A stretch of DNA of 64,000 nt from an uncultured Deferribacteres bacterium (GTDB lineage: Bacteria; Zhuqueibacterota; Zhuqueibacteria; Zhuqueibacterales; Geothermadaptataceae): assembly GCA_964014485.1 (NCBI GenBank), contig CAXHAT010000009.1:1-64000 (forward strand), given 5' to 3'. Shown here in pieces: positions 19,221-30,400 of this stretch. The number at the start of each line of letters is the position of its first letter. Within the stretch, counting starts at the first letter, position 1. The translations under genes were made by a program, and so were the position numbers. Under the pieces are notes generated by a model. The model was not told the DNA's origin. It saw only the letters and a list, made by a program, of their open reading frames with translations, and made no database searches.

Positions 19221-20150
19221 ATGAAGAAATTCAAATACCAAGCGGCGCTTATTTTTATTTGCATCTCAACACTGTCGTTGAAAGCAAGCGTCAACGAAAT
19301 CCTGACGCAAGTCGAACATGGCGTTGTCGATAACAATGGCGTCAAAATTCATTACGCCGCACTTGGGGAAGGGCCGCTTGTGGTCATGGTTCACGGCTAC
19401 CCGGATTTTTGGTACACTTGGCGCGATCAAATGGCAGCGCTCTCAAAACAATTTCACGTCGTTGCGATTGACCTGCGCGGCTACAACAAAAGCGACAAGC
19501 CGAAAGGCGTTGAGAATTACACGATGCGCGCGCTCATCGGCGACGTCGCCGCCGTTATTCAGCATTTTGAGCAAGAGAAGGCCGTCCTGGTCGGACATGA
19601 CTGGGGCGGCGCGATTGCCTGGCAAGTTGCGATGTGGCGGCCGGACTTGGTTGAAAAGCTTGTCGTCTTGAGCACGCCGCACCCCAACGGTCTGTTTCGC
19701 GAAATGGCCAACAATCCCGACCAGCAGAAAAACAGCCAGTACGCGCGCGATTTCCAAAAAGTGGATGCGCACAAGAGTCTGACGGCGGAAGGATTGGCGG
19801 GATGGGTTCAGGACGAAAACGCCAAAGAACATTACATCGAAGCGTTTCGGCGCTCGGACTTCGAAGCTATGCTCAATTACTATAAAGCGAATTTTCCTAG
19901 CTCAAGTAGCAGCAACCAGTCAGCGTCAGGAACGCCCACGGCGCCCGCAACCCTCCGCAAGGTCAAGTGTCCAACGCTCGTCATATTCGGATTACAAGAC
20001 AAGGCTTTGCTTCCTGCGGGATTCAATGAAACCTGGCAATGGATAGAAAAAGACCTGACAATGGTCGCGCTTCCCGAAGCCGGGCATTTCATTCAAAAGG
20101 AAGCGTCGGAAATGGTCACCCGCTCGATGACGATGTGGTTGAACAGGTAG
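19221..20150 (+). CDS. Alpha/beta hydrolase, epoxide-hydrolase-like, with signal peptide
   Basis: [19 protein letters not shown] nucleophile Asp, GHF; GGAGG RBS. Confidence 0.9.
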   Translation: MKKFKYQAALIFICISTLSLKASVNEILTQVEHGVVDNNGVKIHYAALGEGPLVVMVHGYPDFWYTWRDQMAALSKQFHVVAIDLRGYNKSDKPKGVENYTMRALIGDVAAVIQHFEQEKAVLVGHDWGGAIAWQVAMWRPDLVEKLVVLSTPHPNGLFREMANNPDQQKNSQYARDFQKVDAHKSLTAEGLAGWVQDENAKEHYIEAFRRSDFEAMLNYYKANFPSSSSSNQSASGTPTAPATLRKVKCPTLVIFGLQDKALLPAGFNETWQWIEKDLTMVALPEAGHFIQKEASEMVTRSMTMWLNR

Positions 20151-20195
20151 GAAAGATCGGAGTGCAGAAAGCATCGAAAGTAGGGACTCAGCGCA

Positions 20196-21251
20196 TCAAT
20201 CCGAAGCTATCGTCAAAACCGCCTTGGTGCAATTGTCCAATTTATTGGCGAAAAGGCGATAAGCGTCCGGGCCTTGCCGAAGCTGAAGAGAATGGGAAAT
20301 CAGTTCAGCAATATTTCTTTCATTTTTCCGGGCGAGTTCAACAAGTTCCGGCATAAATTTTCTTGCCGGACATCTCCCGCTGCGGTAGGTGATATTCTTG
20401 TCGTACGCCTGCCCCGGCGTAAAGGCGAATTGCGCTTCGGTATGCACGCCAACCGCTGAGATCGTCCCGCCGGGCTGGACAATTTCGTAAGCTGTTTTGG
20501 TCGCCGCCGCGCTGCCAACCACTTCCATAACGGCCTCAACGCCGCGCCCATCCGAGATTTCGTGGATCGTTTCAACAATATTTTGCTGCTCAAAATTCAA
20601 TGGGATTGCGCCCAACTTTTGCGCTTGCGCCAATCGCTCCGGAACGCAATCCACAGCGAAAACTTGCTCGGCTCCGAGCTCCAGAGCAGACAAAATCGTC
20701 ATCATGCCGACCGGGCCGCAGCCGAGGACGCCGTAAACGCCGCCGGGACGCACGTCCGCCATCGAAACGCAAAAATATCCCGTAGAAAGTACGTCGCCGA
20801 GAAAAAGCGCCGCTTCATCGGACAAGTCTTTCGGCGTTTTGTAAAGCGTTGAATCAGCCAAGGGTACGCGCACGAATTCCGCTTGCCCGCCGTGCAAGCC
20901 GCCGCCCTTTTCCACCCAGCCGAAAAGCTGACCTCTTTCACAGCGCGCGGTAAGCCCGATGCGGCAAAAATAACATTCGCCGCAATTTGTCGTGAACGGC
21001 GAGGCGACAAAATCGCCTTTTTTGAGTTTTGAAACGCCGCGACCAACTTCGACAATTTCCCCGACAAACTCGTGCCCCATCACCGTGCCCAAATCAAGCC
21101 CGGTTTCCCTGCCGTGATAAACATGCAGATCAGAGCCGCAAATCGCCGTTTTGCGCACCGCCACGATGACGTCGGTCGGTTCCAAAATCTTCGGATCGTC
21201 GACGGTTGTGCAGCGGACGTCTTCAACATCATTAAAAACAAGCGCTTTCAT
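20196..21251 (-). CDS. Zn-dependent alcohol dehydrogenase (MDR family)
   Basis: CGSDLH, GHEFVG, CGECYFC..G..ARC, GCGPVG. Confidence 0.92.
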   Translation of the reverse strand: MKALVFNDVEDVRCTTVDDPKILEPTDVIVAVRKTAICGSDLHVYHGRETGLDLGTVMGHEFVGEIVEVGRGVSKLKKGDFVASPFTTNCGECYFCRIGLTARCERGQLFGWVEKGGGLHGGQAEFVRVPLADSTLYKTPKDLSDEAALFLGDVLSTGYFCVSMADVRPGGVYGVLGCGPVGMMTILSALELGAEQVFAVDCVPERLAQAQKLGAIPLNFEQQNIVETIHEISDGRGVEAVMEVVGSAAATKTAYEIVQPGGTISAVGVHTEAQFAFTPGQAYDKNITYRSGRCPARKFMPELVELARKNERNIAELISHSLQLRQGPDAYRLFANKLDNCTKAVLTIASD

Positions 21252-21261
21252 AGATTCAGCC

Positions 21262-22209
21262 TCAATCTACTTTTATCGTTGGCCTGCCTTCAAGATATCC
21301 CAGACTGGTGAAAAACTCGTCGGTTTTGTAGAGCGTTTCAGCATAAGGCTTGTTGTCGTTGCGGCCATAAAGCGCGAAGGCGTGCGGCATATCTTCGTAG
21401 GCGACCAATTCACAGCGATTTCCGGCTTCCTTCATTTTATCCGCGAAAAGCTTGATGGTCATAAACGGCACGCGCGAATCAGCGGTGCCGTGAAAAATGA
21501 TGGTTGGCGGTGCGTCAGATTTAATGAAATGATAGGGGGAAACGTTGGCGGGATCCGTGCCCATCGCCCGCTCCAATCGCTGCAAAAGATTTTCGGGGGC
21601 GGGAAAGACGCCTTCAATTGAGGAAAGAACGCAAGGCGCATTGAATAATACCATCGCGTCAGGAACGGAAGAAATCGTCTTGTCTTCAGATTCGGCGTCA
21701 TAGTCAGAAATCAACGCGGCACTGGCGGCGATATGCCCGCCCGCCGACTCCCCAACGGCGGCGACTCGCTTAGTGTCAACCCCTAGCCTTCCCGCGTTTT
21801 GACGTACCCAGCGAATGGCGGATTTGGCGTCTTCCACGCAAGCCGTGGCGCGCGTCTTATGCCGAGAAGCGACGCGATAATCGGCCAACATTGCAATCAT
21901 GCCGCGCCCCGCCAAGTACTTTGCATGCTCCTCAAATTGTTTCGGCGACCCGCGCCACCAACCGCCGCCAAAGAAAAAAACCGCGGCCGGGCGTTTTTCG
22001 TTCACGTCATGCTCTTCAGGATTAAAAACCCACATTTTGAGCTCGACGTCGCCAATCTTTTTATAAACTTCGACTTGTGCGCTTTCGTCAATTTCCGGCG
22101 GATACGCCCAACGATTCTCGCCTTCTTGTGCAAACGCACTTGTCCAACAAACAACGAACAGGCCGGTAAAAATTAGGCGCCGTAGTTTTTTCAGCATCTC
22201 ACGCTCCAT
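21262..22209 (-). CDS. Secreted alpha/beta hydrolase (esterase-like)
   Basis: FFGGGW, GESAGGH, HGTAD, PHAF; N-terminal signal peptide. Confidence 0.88.
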   Translation of the reverse strand: MEREMLKKLRRLIFTGLFVVCWTSAFAQEGENRWAYPPEIDESAQVEVYKKIGDVELKMWVFNPEEHDVNEKRPAAVFFFGGGWWRGSPKQFEEHAKYLAGRGMIAMLADYRVASRHKTRATACVEDAKSAIRWVRQNAGRLGVDTKRVAAVGESAGGHIAASAALISDYDAESEDKTISSVPDAMVLFNAPCVLSSIEGVFPAPENLLQRLERAMGTDPANVSPYHFIKSDAPPTIIFHGTADSRVPFMTIKLFADKMKEAGNRCELVAYEDMPHAFALYGRNDNKPYAETLYKTDEFFTSLGYLEGRPTIKVD

Positions 22210-22262
22210 TAACTTTGTCGTAAAATTACTCTCGAACGTTCTTGGTCGCTTTGCTTCAAGTC

Positions 22263-22464
22263 TTGATTACCTGACACTTTTTACAAATTGCCGTTTAGAC
22301 TTGGAGAAGTGGCCTCGAATTGTCATGCTGTAAGAATCTTTGTTAACGTCCGGCACAGATTTCCCCAAGAGTTCAAGGGTTGGATCAAAAAAGATGCTTA
22401 CAGCATGACAATTCCGGCCTTTTTCGCCAGCTTTAGAAGCTTATAAAAAGTGTCAGGCAGTGAA
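22263..22464. mobile_element. MITE-like element with an 8-9 bp direct flank and a family-Z hairpin core
   Basis: CCTGACACTTTTTA / TAAAAAGTGTCAGG; TTCAAGTC(T) at 22255 and 22465; core AATTGTCATGCTGTAAG...CTTACAGCATGACAATT at 22318-22413. Confidence 0.75.
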
Positions 22465-22500
22465 TTCAAGTCTACAAAACTTGAGCAATCCAAGCGGGTT

Positions 22501-22821
22501 TTAGTGCGAACAGCCCAAGTCTTTCTCAACCAGGACTTTGAACGTCCGCCCGCCTTCTAAATCAATTTGCCGATCAAATCCAACCATTTCGCTCTCAAGC
22601 CATTCGCTTGCAAGCTTTTGCGGCACTTTAACAACAATCTGCTCGTCGGCAAATTTCACCGTCACTTCAGTCGCGCTTTGAGAAATTTTCAGCGCATATT
22701 TCAATGCGTTGTTTGCCGGAAAATAGGCTGTCTCATCAACTGCTCCCGTGGCGGCAAATTGCGACAAATCCGCTTCGCTTAAACGCAAGCGCAAGGACTT
22801 GCCGTCGAGTCGTAATTTCAT
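22501..22821 (-). CDS. Conserved hypothetical protein (DUF7009-like)
   Basis: MKLRL.G.SLRLRLS...LVEKD..C pattern recognised from memory. Confidence 0.7.
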   Translation of the reverse strand: MKLRLDGKSLRLRLSEADLSQFAATGAVDETAYFPANNALKYALKISQSATEVTVKFADEQIVVKVPQKLASEWLESEMVGFDRQIDLEGGRTFKVLVEKDLGCSH

Positions 22822-22894
22822 TGAATTGCAATGATTTATAGTTTAAGCGCAGGGACAATTCAGTTTCCCAACCACGCTTGCGCTCTTGATCTGA

Positions 22895-23096
22895 AAGTCA
22901 TTCCGGAGTCAAACGCTTCAGCGGTTGAGTACAATTTGTCAACTCTGGGAGCTGTCCCAAAACATGGTCTCTGACTGAAAACATACCAAATGTAGGGGTT
23001 CAAAATCTTGAACTCCTACGACGACATATTGTGTCGCGCTCTAAAAATATCATGTTTTGAGACAGTCCCACTCCGAAAAAGAATGACTCAAAAGCC
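22895..23096 (+). mobile_element. Family X repeat interrupted by a family Y element (22948-23069)
   Basis: CCGGAGTCAAACGCTTCAGCG | GGAGCTGTCCCAAAACATG..GTAG-REP (22992-23019)..CATGTTTTGAGACAGTCC | ACTCCGAAAAAGAATGACTCAAAAGCC. Confidence 0.75.
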
Positions 23097-23423
23097 CGCT
23101 TTTTTGCCATAAGCCAAAACGCCGCTCTGTGCCAAAGATTGAAAGTTCGAACCTAAGCATTCGCCCCTAAAGGCGCAAGAGAAACGACTTGATGGAACGC
23201 CCCGACGCAAACCAGCTCACGCGCTCAACGATAGAAATTCCCGAACTTTTTCAAGGTTAAACCGCGACGATTCGATCAAGGGCTCACAGTGCGTCTCGCT
23301 GGTTACTGAATCGAGCAAACGATCAGACTTCGCGCTTCAGCGCTTTTGGCAACAAGCTCAAAACACTTACAACCTTCCGGCGATCTTCTTCGGGCTCTTG
23401 CGGTTCGCGTTTGAAGCCAATTT

Positions 23424-25310
23424 TCATGATGACGCCATTTTTCGCAGCCAAACCAGCATCTCGCCCGGTTCGCGATTGCCCCAGGAGAAATACGGCACGG
23501 CGGTGATTCCCTTTTCGACAAACTTCGTCCGCACGTCCGGCACGTACAAATCTTCGTTTTCGTGCGTTTCAAAAAATGCCAAACCTTTGATAACGGGAAA
23601 GGGCTGTTTTTTCGTCACGTTAGAATCGACCGCCCACTTTTGAACTGCCGGAAGGACAAGTCGATGCAGCCCCTCACCGTTGTCCGCTTGCTCCAGACAA
23701 TAAACGACCGGCCCGCGCTGCAACGCGACGCGCCCGGCGCAAGCGCTGACTTTTGGATGCGCTTTCATTTCCAAAACCGGCGTCGGCAGAATCAATTCAA
23801 CGCAGTCGCCGTCGCGCCAAACGCGGCGGATTTTAGCATAACCTTTTTCAATTTTCCCTGACGCAACTTCCTGATTATTGAGCATAAAACGTGCATTTTT
23901 GCACCAGCCCGGAATTCGCAACGCAAGCGTAAATTCACACTCATTTTCGAGATCAATTTGTATCAAAATCTTCTCATCGAAAGGATAATCTGTTCCAATA
24001 TTCAACCCGACTCGCGCGTCGTCAAAACCGATCACACTTTGACAAGCGGCGTATTGGTGCACAAAAATTTCCCGCTCGCCGACGCCAAAAAGATACTCGC
24101 CAAATGACGCGAGCAGTCTCGCAATATTTGGCGGACAGCAAGCGCAGGAGAACCAGGGCTGACGTTGATGATCGCCCGTACTTTCCAGCGGATTGGTGTA
24201 AAAAAAACGATCTCCGGCAAGCGAAACGCCGCTCAAAATGCCGTTATAAATCGCCCGTTCAATCACGTCGCCGTACTTGCCGTCACGGGTGATCTGCAGC
24301 ATGCGTTGCGCGAAAAAAACCAGACTAATGGCCGCGCATGTTTCGGCGTAGGCGGCGGCGTTCGGCAAATCATAATCAGCGGTGTGACCTTCGTTCTTGC
24401 TCGAAGCGCCGATTCCGCCGGTGACGTACATGCGCTTTTCAATCGCATGATCCAGCAATTTTCGACAGATCTGCAGCAATTCATCATCGTCGAATTCTAC
24501 CGCTAAATCAGCCATCGCAGCGTACAGGTACATTCCGCGCACTGCATGGCCGACAGGCTCAACTTGTTCGCGCACGGGAATGTGCGATTGCGTGTATTCG
24601 TGAGTCTTGGCCCAGTAATCCTCCGGCTGTTCGCCTCGCGCAACGGCTTCACGATCAAAATAATGCGGCGTTCTCCCTCGCTCTTCCACAAAGTATTTCG
24701 CCAAATTCAAGTAGCGTTTTTTCCCGGTTTCCCGCCACAATTTCACTAGCGCCAATTCGATTTCTTCATGTCCCGGAACCCCGCGTACTTGCCCTTCGCT
24801 TGTTCCGAACTTTTCGGCGATCAAAGCGGCGTATTTTTCCACGGCGTCAAGCAACCGGCGGTCGCCCGTCGCCTGGAAAACGGCGATTGCCGCTTCAATC
24901 AGATGCCCGGCGCAATAAAGCTCGTGCTTGTCGCGCAAATTTTTCCAGCGATTTTCAGGCTCGATGAAAATAAAAAACGAGTTGAGGTAGCCGTCAGATT
25001 GTTGAGCGTTGCAGATCAGCGTGACGACTTCGTCGATGATCTTGCGAAGTTTTGGGGAGTCGTGGCCATGCAGCGAATATGCGGCGGCTTCCAGCCATTT
25101 TGCCAAGTCGGAATCCCAAAAAACGTGCGGCGACTCCTCGCCCTTGTAGGTTTTGGGATCATAGCTCCAAACATCAATGCGGCCGGTGCGGCGACACTGT
25201 TTTTCGATATGCGGGATTGAAATTTCCGCGTTCGCGCGCTGGCGTTTCGCCCAGAAACCGTCTGTAATTTTGACGTTTGTATAGGTGACGTTTTGAAGCG
25301 GACGGATCAT
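23424..25310 (-). CDS. Glycoside hydrolase family 127 (beta-L-arabinofuranosidase-like)
   Basis: FWDSD..KWLEA, HELYCAGH, GHAVR, YAETCA, CACCPPN. Confidence 0.93.
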   Translation of the reverse strand: MIRPLQNVTYTNVKITDGFWAKRQRANAEISIPHIEKQCRRTGRIDVWSYDPKTYKGEESPHVFWDSDLAKWLEAAAYSLHGHDSPKLRKIIDEVVTLICNAQQSDGYLNSFFIFIEPENRWKNLRDKHELYCAGHLIEAAIAVFQATGDRRLLDAVEKYAALIAEKFGTSEGQVRGVPGHEEIELALVKLWRETGKKRYLNLAKYFVEERGRTPHYFDREAVARGEQPEDYWAKTHEYTQSHIPVREQVEPVGHAVRGMYLYAAMADLAVEFDDDELLQICRKLLDHAIEKRMYVTGGIGASSKNEGHTADYDLPNAAAYAETCAAISLVFFAQRMLQITRDGKYGDVIERAIYNGILSGVSLAGDRFFYTNPLESTGDHQRQPWFSCACCPPNIARLLASFGEYLFGVGEREIFVHQYAACQSVIGFDDARVGLNIGTDYPFDEKILIQIDLENECEFTLALRIPGWCKNARFMLNNQEVASGKIEKGYAKIRRVWRDGDCVELILPTPVLEMKAHPKVSACAGRVALQRGPVVYCLEQADNGEGLHRLVLPAVQKWAVDSNVTKKQPFPVIKGLAFFETHENEDLYVPDVRTKFVEKGITAVPYFSWGNREPGEMLVWLRKMASS

Positions 25311-26122
25311 CCGGCGGCTCGACTTTTTGACCAGATGAGCGGCAAGAGTTTTTCGTTGACAAGCGGATCGCCGATTTTCAGAGAATCGATAAATTCTTTA
25401 GGCAGGATGTTTTGCTGACCGTTAAATTTCGCACCTTGCGGCATGTAAGCGCAAGTCATCGCACGTCGCGGGCGGGGGGTCATGTTGGGGCCGGCGCCAT
25501 GTGCGGTTGGACCGTTGTGTACGCCCGCCCAACCGCGCTTCATTTCCGCCATTACAGGCTCAATCTCGCACCACTCCAGATAAACGTCAAAAAGCGTCCC
25601 AACATTCTCGTCGATGTCCACGTTGTCAAAATTTGCGGTTTTGTGCGTGCCGGGCAAATAGTACATGCAGCCGTTTTGGATCGTCGCGCCGTCGAGCGCA
25701 ACCCAAATTGACAGTGCGTCTCGCGAATGGAAGGACGAGTACGGATTGTCCAAGCGCCACGCGGTTGGATTGGCCCAAGGCGCTTTTTGCAATGTTTGAT
25801 CATCCCAGACGTGAATGCCTTCAACGCCGGCGAGTTTGGCCAACATCTTGCCGAGATTCGGGTTCAAAAAATAGCGTTTGATCGTGTCGTTGATGCGCCA
25901 GAGATTGAGCCGTTGCAGAAAAACCCGGTCATAAAAACTGTCGCCTTCCGCCAAGTCTTCGTTGCCGTCCCCGGCCACTTTTTGTTTGCCCATCTGCGCG
26001 ACGCTTTCTTCGACGGCCGCCAAAATTTCTTCAACTTCCGCTTCAGAAATAAAATCTTCAATAATCAAAAAACCGTCGCGTTGGTATGCATCGATTTGTT
26101 GTTGCGTGACTTCAGTTTTCAT
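25307..26122 (-). CDS. Phytanoyl-CoA dioxygenase (PhyH) family protein, possibly degenerate
   Basis: SIWVALD.AT..NGCMYYLPGTH and HGAGPN.T..PRRA are present; the HxD site reads WRLD. Confidence 0.85.
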   Translation of the reverse strand: MKTEVTQQQIDAYQRDGFLIIEDFISEAEVEEILAAVEESVAQMGKQKVAGDGNEDLAEGDSFYDRVFLQRLNLWRINDTIKRYFLNPNLGKMLAKLAGVEGIHVWDDQTLQKAPWANPTAWRLDNPYSSFHSRDALSIWVALDGATIQNGCMYYLPGTHKTANFDNVDIDENVGTLFDVYLEWCEIEPVMAEMKRGWAGVHNGPTAHGAGPNMTPRPRRAMTCAYMPQGAKFNGQQNILPKEFIDSLKIGDPLVNEKLLPLIWSKSRAAG

Positions 26123-26143
26123 AACCCAAATCCGTTTTTCGGA

Positions 26144-27388
26144 TTAATTTTCATCGAATAGATCGTCTGGCAACGTTACGCCGCCGTTGGCCCAGTCGAG
26201 CGGCGGGGACTGTAATTCGCCGGACTCGCAAACGTAGGAAAAACCGCCTTCGGCTGCAAGCAATTGCAGCGTTTCGAAACGGCTCTTGTCCGCACAACCA
26301 ATCGCGAGGCCTTGCAACATCTCGCGAAAAGGCTTCAGTTGGGCAAATATCTCGTCGACGTTTTTCACCGGGATAATTTGGAGCGCGCCTTCACCATGCA
26401 AAAGCTCCGGAGCAAAACGGTCTGTTTGAATTGCCAAGCCGAAATTGGGGACGATTCGACGATATTCAATTCCTTGTAAATCGAGAATTTCCTGAATTTG
26501 TCTCAATCTTTTGCTGGGCTTGACATCGCCTTCTCCGCCATGCAGTTTTTGGACGGTTTGGCCGTAAACCTGAGCAAAAGCGTCTACCCAATTCGCCAAA
26601 TTATCCGCCGGGGTTTTCACAAAAAGCGCTTGCAGTGAAAGACAGCCGCGCTGAAAATAAAGCGCGGCGTCTCGGGCGAATCCTTCCATAAATATATTGT
26701 CAGCGGACGCGGTTTCGCAATAGCCGACGCTGAATTTGTGACCAAAACCAACCGTTTTTTCGGGATAATTTTGCTGAAAAAAACCAACGGTTTGATTCGA
26801 ACCGAAGACAAAGATTTTGTCAGCGAATTTAAAAAGCTCTTGAAGCTCTGGCGCATCGGAAGGCCAGTGATGCGCGTAAATTCCGGCGTGAAGACGCTTG
26901 TTTCTTCGCTCGATTTCATGAAGCAACCAGGGAAAGAGCGCTGCGTCGGCTCGTGAAAGTTTAACGATAACCGGAATTTGCGCTGAAGCCAACATGACGG
27001 CAGGCGCAAGCGCAACCAAAGGAATATTTCCCGATGAAACGATTGCGGTGCGCGCGAAAGAAGGGTGTTGCTCCGTCCTTGTTTCCCCGGCTCTGCGTTT
27101 AACTCTGACAGGACTTGGAACCTTGTCAGAGTTTTCGGGCAAGCCGTTAATCAATCCTTCAAAAGAAGTCCGCAGGCTTTCGCGGAGCAAATGTGGCGAA
27201 AGATCGCAATCTTGCGCTGTTTTTTTCAGGATTGAGTCAGGAATTCTTTGCCAAACGTCGCTCAAAAAGTCTTGCCAGCATCGAATATATTCGTCGCCAA
27301 GCTTGGGGCTGTTTGAAATGTCGCTCGCTAATTTGTCAAAAATTGACTCAAACATTTTCAATGTTAGAAAAGATAAATCCGTCCCCAA
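26144..27388 (-). CDS. Acyl-CoA reductase (LuxC-like, ALDH superfamily)
   Basis: SGNIP, VKLS, VFGSNQT, GFGHKFS, DAALYFQRGCLS, GELQSPPLDW..GG; start uncertain. Confidence 0.78.
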   Translation of the reverse strand: MGTDLSFLTLKMFESIFDKLASDISNSPKLGDEYIRCWQDFLSDVWQRIPDSILKKTAQDCDLSPHLLRESLRTSFEGLINGLPENSDKVPSPVRVKRRAGETRTEQHPSFARTAIVSSGNIPLVALAPAVMLASAQIPVIVKLSRADAALFPWLLHEIERRNKRLHAGIYAHHWPSDAPELQELFKFADKIFVFGSNQTVGFFQQNYPEKTVGFGHKFSVGYCETASADNIFMEGFARDAALYFQRGCLSLQALFVKTPADNLANWVDAFAQVYGQTVQKLHGGEGDVKPSKRLRQIQEILDLQGIEYRRIVPNFGLAIQTDRFAPELLHGEGALQIIPVKNVDEIFAQLKPFREMLQGLAIGCADKSRFETLQLLAAEGGFSYVCESGELQSPPLDWANGGVTLPDDLFDEN

Positions 27389-27402
27389 ATAAATCTCAAT
27401 TT

Positions 27403-30400
27403 CTACTGCATTCCTACGACTATTTCTTTAGCGTCGTTTGCAATGGGCGTTTCCTGTATTTTGCCGTTCGGCCAACGAATCCAAAGCGTTTTTGGCTGAG
27501 AACGCAAGCCAAGTAGCTGCACAAATGCACCCCGCGACAAACGACCCGCAGCAGCCTGAATCTCTCTCGCAGGCCCCATGTCGCCGTTTTGATAAATGAT
27601 GCGAATCACCGCTCCAACAGCTTCAGGATTTCCAGCGATGCCGTTGAGTTTGACACGAATTCCTTGCTTGGCAAGAGTATTTCGATATAAAACGGCAGGC
27701 GCGTTTTTTTGCGCCACGATCAAATCAACACGTCCGTCGGCGTTGAAATCGCCCAGTGCGGCGCCGTTTTGCTCGCCATAAATTTTGATCCCGGAAGTTT
27801 GCCCCGATACAGCTTCAAGACCGCCCGTTCCGTCGCCGCGCAGCCACAGGCCGCGCCCGCCGTCTTGGCGATCCGATTCTCGGCGCGTTGACAACAAGTT
27901 CTGGCTCAGGAAAACATCGTCGTGACCGTCACCGTCAAAATCGGCAACATTGGCGGCGTTGGCGACGGTAAATTGCGCCTCAGGCGGCATAGCGACGGCT
28001 TCGAAATGATCGCCGCGATTGAGAAAAACCATACTCGCGGCTGTATTGACGGACAACCGTTTGGCCCGCTTGTAGACGCTTCCCAAAATTTCTTCCACGC
28101 TCGATGCGGCGTAGTTTTGATTGTTTCGCATCCGCGAACCGACAATCGGAATGGCGCGCGTCAATTCGGTAAAGCTGCCATCAGGTACAACTTTTCCCGT
28201 CGCTGAATCCGTGTGCGCTTCAATCAAATCAAAAACGCCGTTGCTGTCAAAATCGCCGTAAAACAGGTAGCGCGGATGTTCCGGGTTGGCTTTGTAGGCG
28301 GTGTTCACGCCCCAATTCGCCGCGATAATGTCAGGCTTGCCGTCCGCGTTTAAATCGCCGGTTGTAACTCCCTGCCACATTCCGGTGTAGTTTTCCATCC
28401 CCCATTTTTCGGTCGTCTCGATGAATTTCCCGTCTTGGTTTTGCAAAATTCTTATCGCGCCCCACTCAACGGCCAAAATCAAATCGGGGTCGCCGTCGTC
28501 GTCCATGTCGCTAAAAACGGCGCTCGTCACGAGACCAAAATTTTCACCGGCCCCGAGGTTTTCCTCGTCAGTTTTGAGCACGCCGTTTGCGTTTTTCAGG
28601 AAAAATGAAGGCTCCGATTCAGGATAACGCCCAGAAACGGCGCCGCCGCCGACAAAAACGTCGAGATCGCCATCGCCGTCATAGTCCGCAAAAACGACGA
28701 CGCGAGCTTGTTCTTCCCCTTTGAAAAATTTGTGCGTTTGAGCAGCCAGATTGTGGTAGAAATCTTTTGACGAAGCGGTTTTTGACGGCGCGCTAAAAAC
28801 GCTCTGTCCTCGATTGCGAAAAACTATCGGCGCCCCCCTTCCTCCTCGCCCGAAAATCAAATCAACGTTTGAATCGCCGTCAAGATCGAGCCACGCGGCG
28901 CTCGTGCCAGGGTTGCTGATTTGTTTTGGCAACAGCGGCTGTTTTCTAAATTCATTCTCGTCATTTTCGTCGGGAGCATCAAGATCAAAACGCCGTTCTT
29001 CGACAAAAAATGGCGTGGTCGTCGCGGCATCTCCAGAATGTTTTGCCTCAACCGCGCCGGAATCGAAAATTTCGTAAATCCGATTCGGTTGGGCCCTCGG
29101 AACCAAGCTTGTTTTGCCGTTCCGCCAGGTCACTTCAATCGTCAAGCTGTCGCTTTCGCCTGCCGCAAAAACGAGCAATGGATCGGAGCCGGAGAGATAT
29201 GTTCCGCCGACAATCACTTCTTTTTGCTGCACAACCGGTCCGCCGACAACACGCACTTTTGCGCCGACGCCTTGCGTATTTCCGTCCGCGCCGCGTAAGC
29301 GAACGGCAATTCTCGAAGCCGGACTCTCATTGCGATAGATTCCCGCAGACATGTCCAGACGATTGGTTGCCAGATCGAGATCGCCGTCATTGTCAAAATC
29401 CGCCAACGCCAAACCCCAGGCAACGTCCGGTTCCGTGAAACCCCATTCCGCGCTGACGTCTTCAAAAGTCAAATCGCGCTTATTGCGAAAAGCGACGTTC
29501 GGAGTGAGATAGTCCGGGTAGAGCGTGGTGAGACGGCGATAATCATAGCCGAACGCCGAAAGTTGCTGCACGCGATTGTTCGTGTCCACGTCTTCAAAAT
29601 CGTGCAATTGCCCGTTGGTGGTGAGAATATCTTCGTAGCCGTCGAGATCAACGTCGAGGAAGCGCGCCGTCCAGGTCCATTCGGAAGCCTCGACGCCGCT
29701 ATACTGGCCAATTTCAGCGTAGGTCTGATCGCCGCGATTGAGAAAGAGCGTGTTGCGTTTTAATTGCGGCCTGCCGCCGGAATTGGGCGTGTTTTCAGCC
29801 GGGCTCATCTGCTGCATTCGGCGTTCGTGGTTTCGCGCCAGCATGTCGATCAGATAAAAATCTTCATGGCCGTCGCGGTTAATGTCCGAAAAATCGACCG
29901 CCATCGTAAAACGGCTGGTATGGCGAATTGCATTTTTCGGAATCGCGTGAAAGCGCCCGTCGCCGTCGTTGATCCAGATGCGGTCGGGACTCCAGTAGTC
30001 GTTGCAAACGAAAATATCGGGGTCTCCGTCATTGTCCATGTCGCGAAAGGTCGGTTGCAAGCCCCAATCTTTGGGCGGCGTCATCTGCTCAAACGCTTCG
30101 TTTTTGAACCTGCCTTCTTCAAAAGAGACCTCTTCGAAAACGCCGTCGCCATTGTTGAGGTAGAGAAAATCCGTGTCCGGGTTTTCAAACAGCGTGGGCT
30201 GTCCGTCAACCATTTCGACGCGATAATGTCCTTCAAACTTTGGCGCGATCTGGTATTCCTTGCCGATTTTTTGCGCCACGAGATGCGGCGCGCGCTCGGC
30301 AGGCGGGAAAAGACTTTCGACAGAGCGCTTTTTGAAATTGGTCACGTAAATATCAAGATCGCCGTCGCCTTCAATGTCCGCCAGCGCCATCGACGTGCTT

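Noticed and set aside
23100..23420. Possible ncRNA or gene remnant in the gap after GH127
   Set aside because: No convincing ORF, tRNA fold or recognisable motif found by eye.
26144..27388. Bioluminescence operon
   Set aside because: No luxA, luxB, luxD or luxE in the window.
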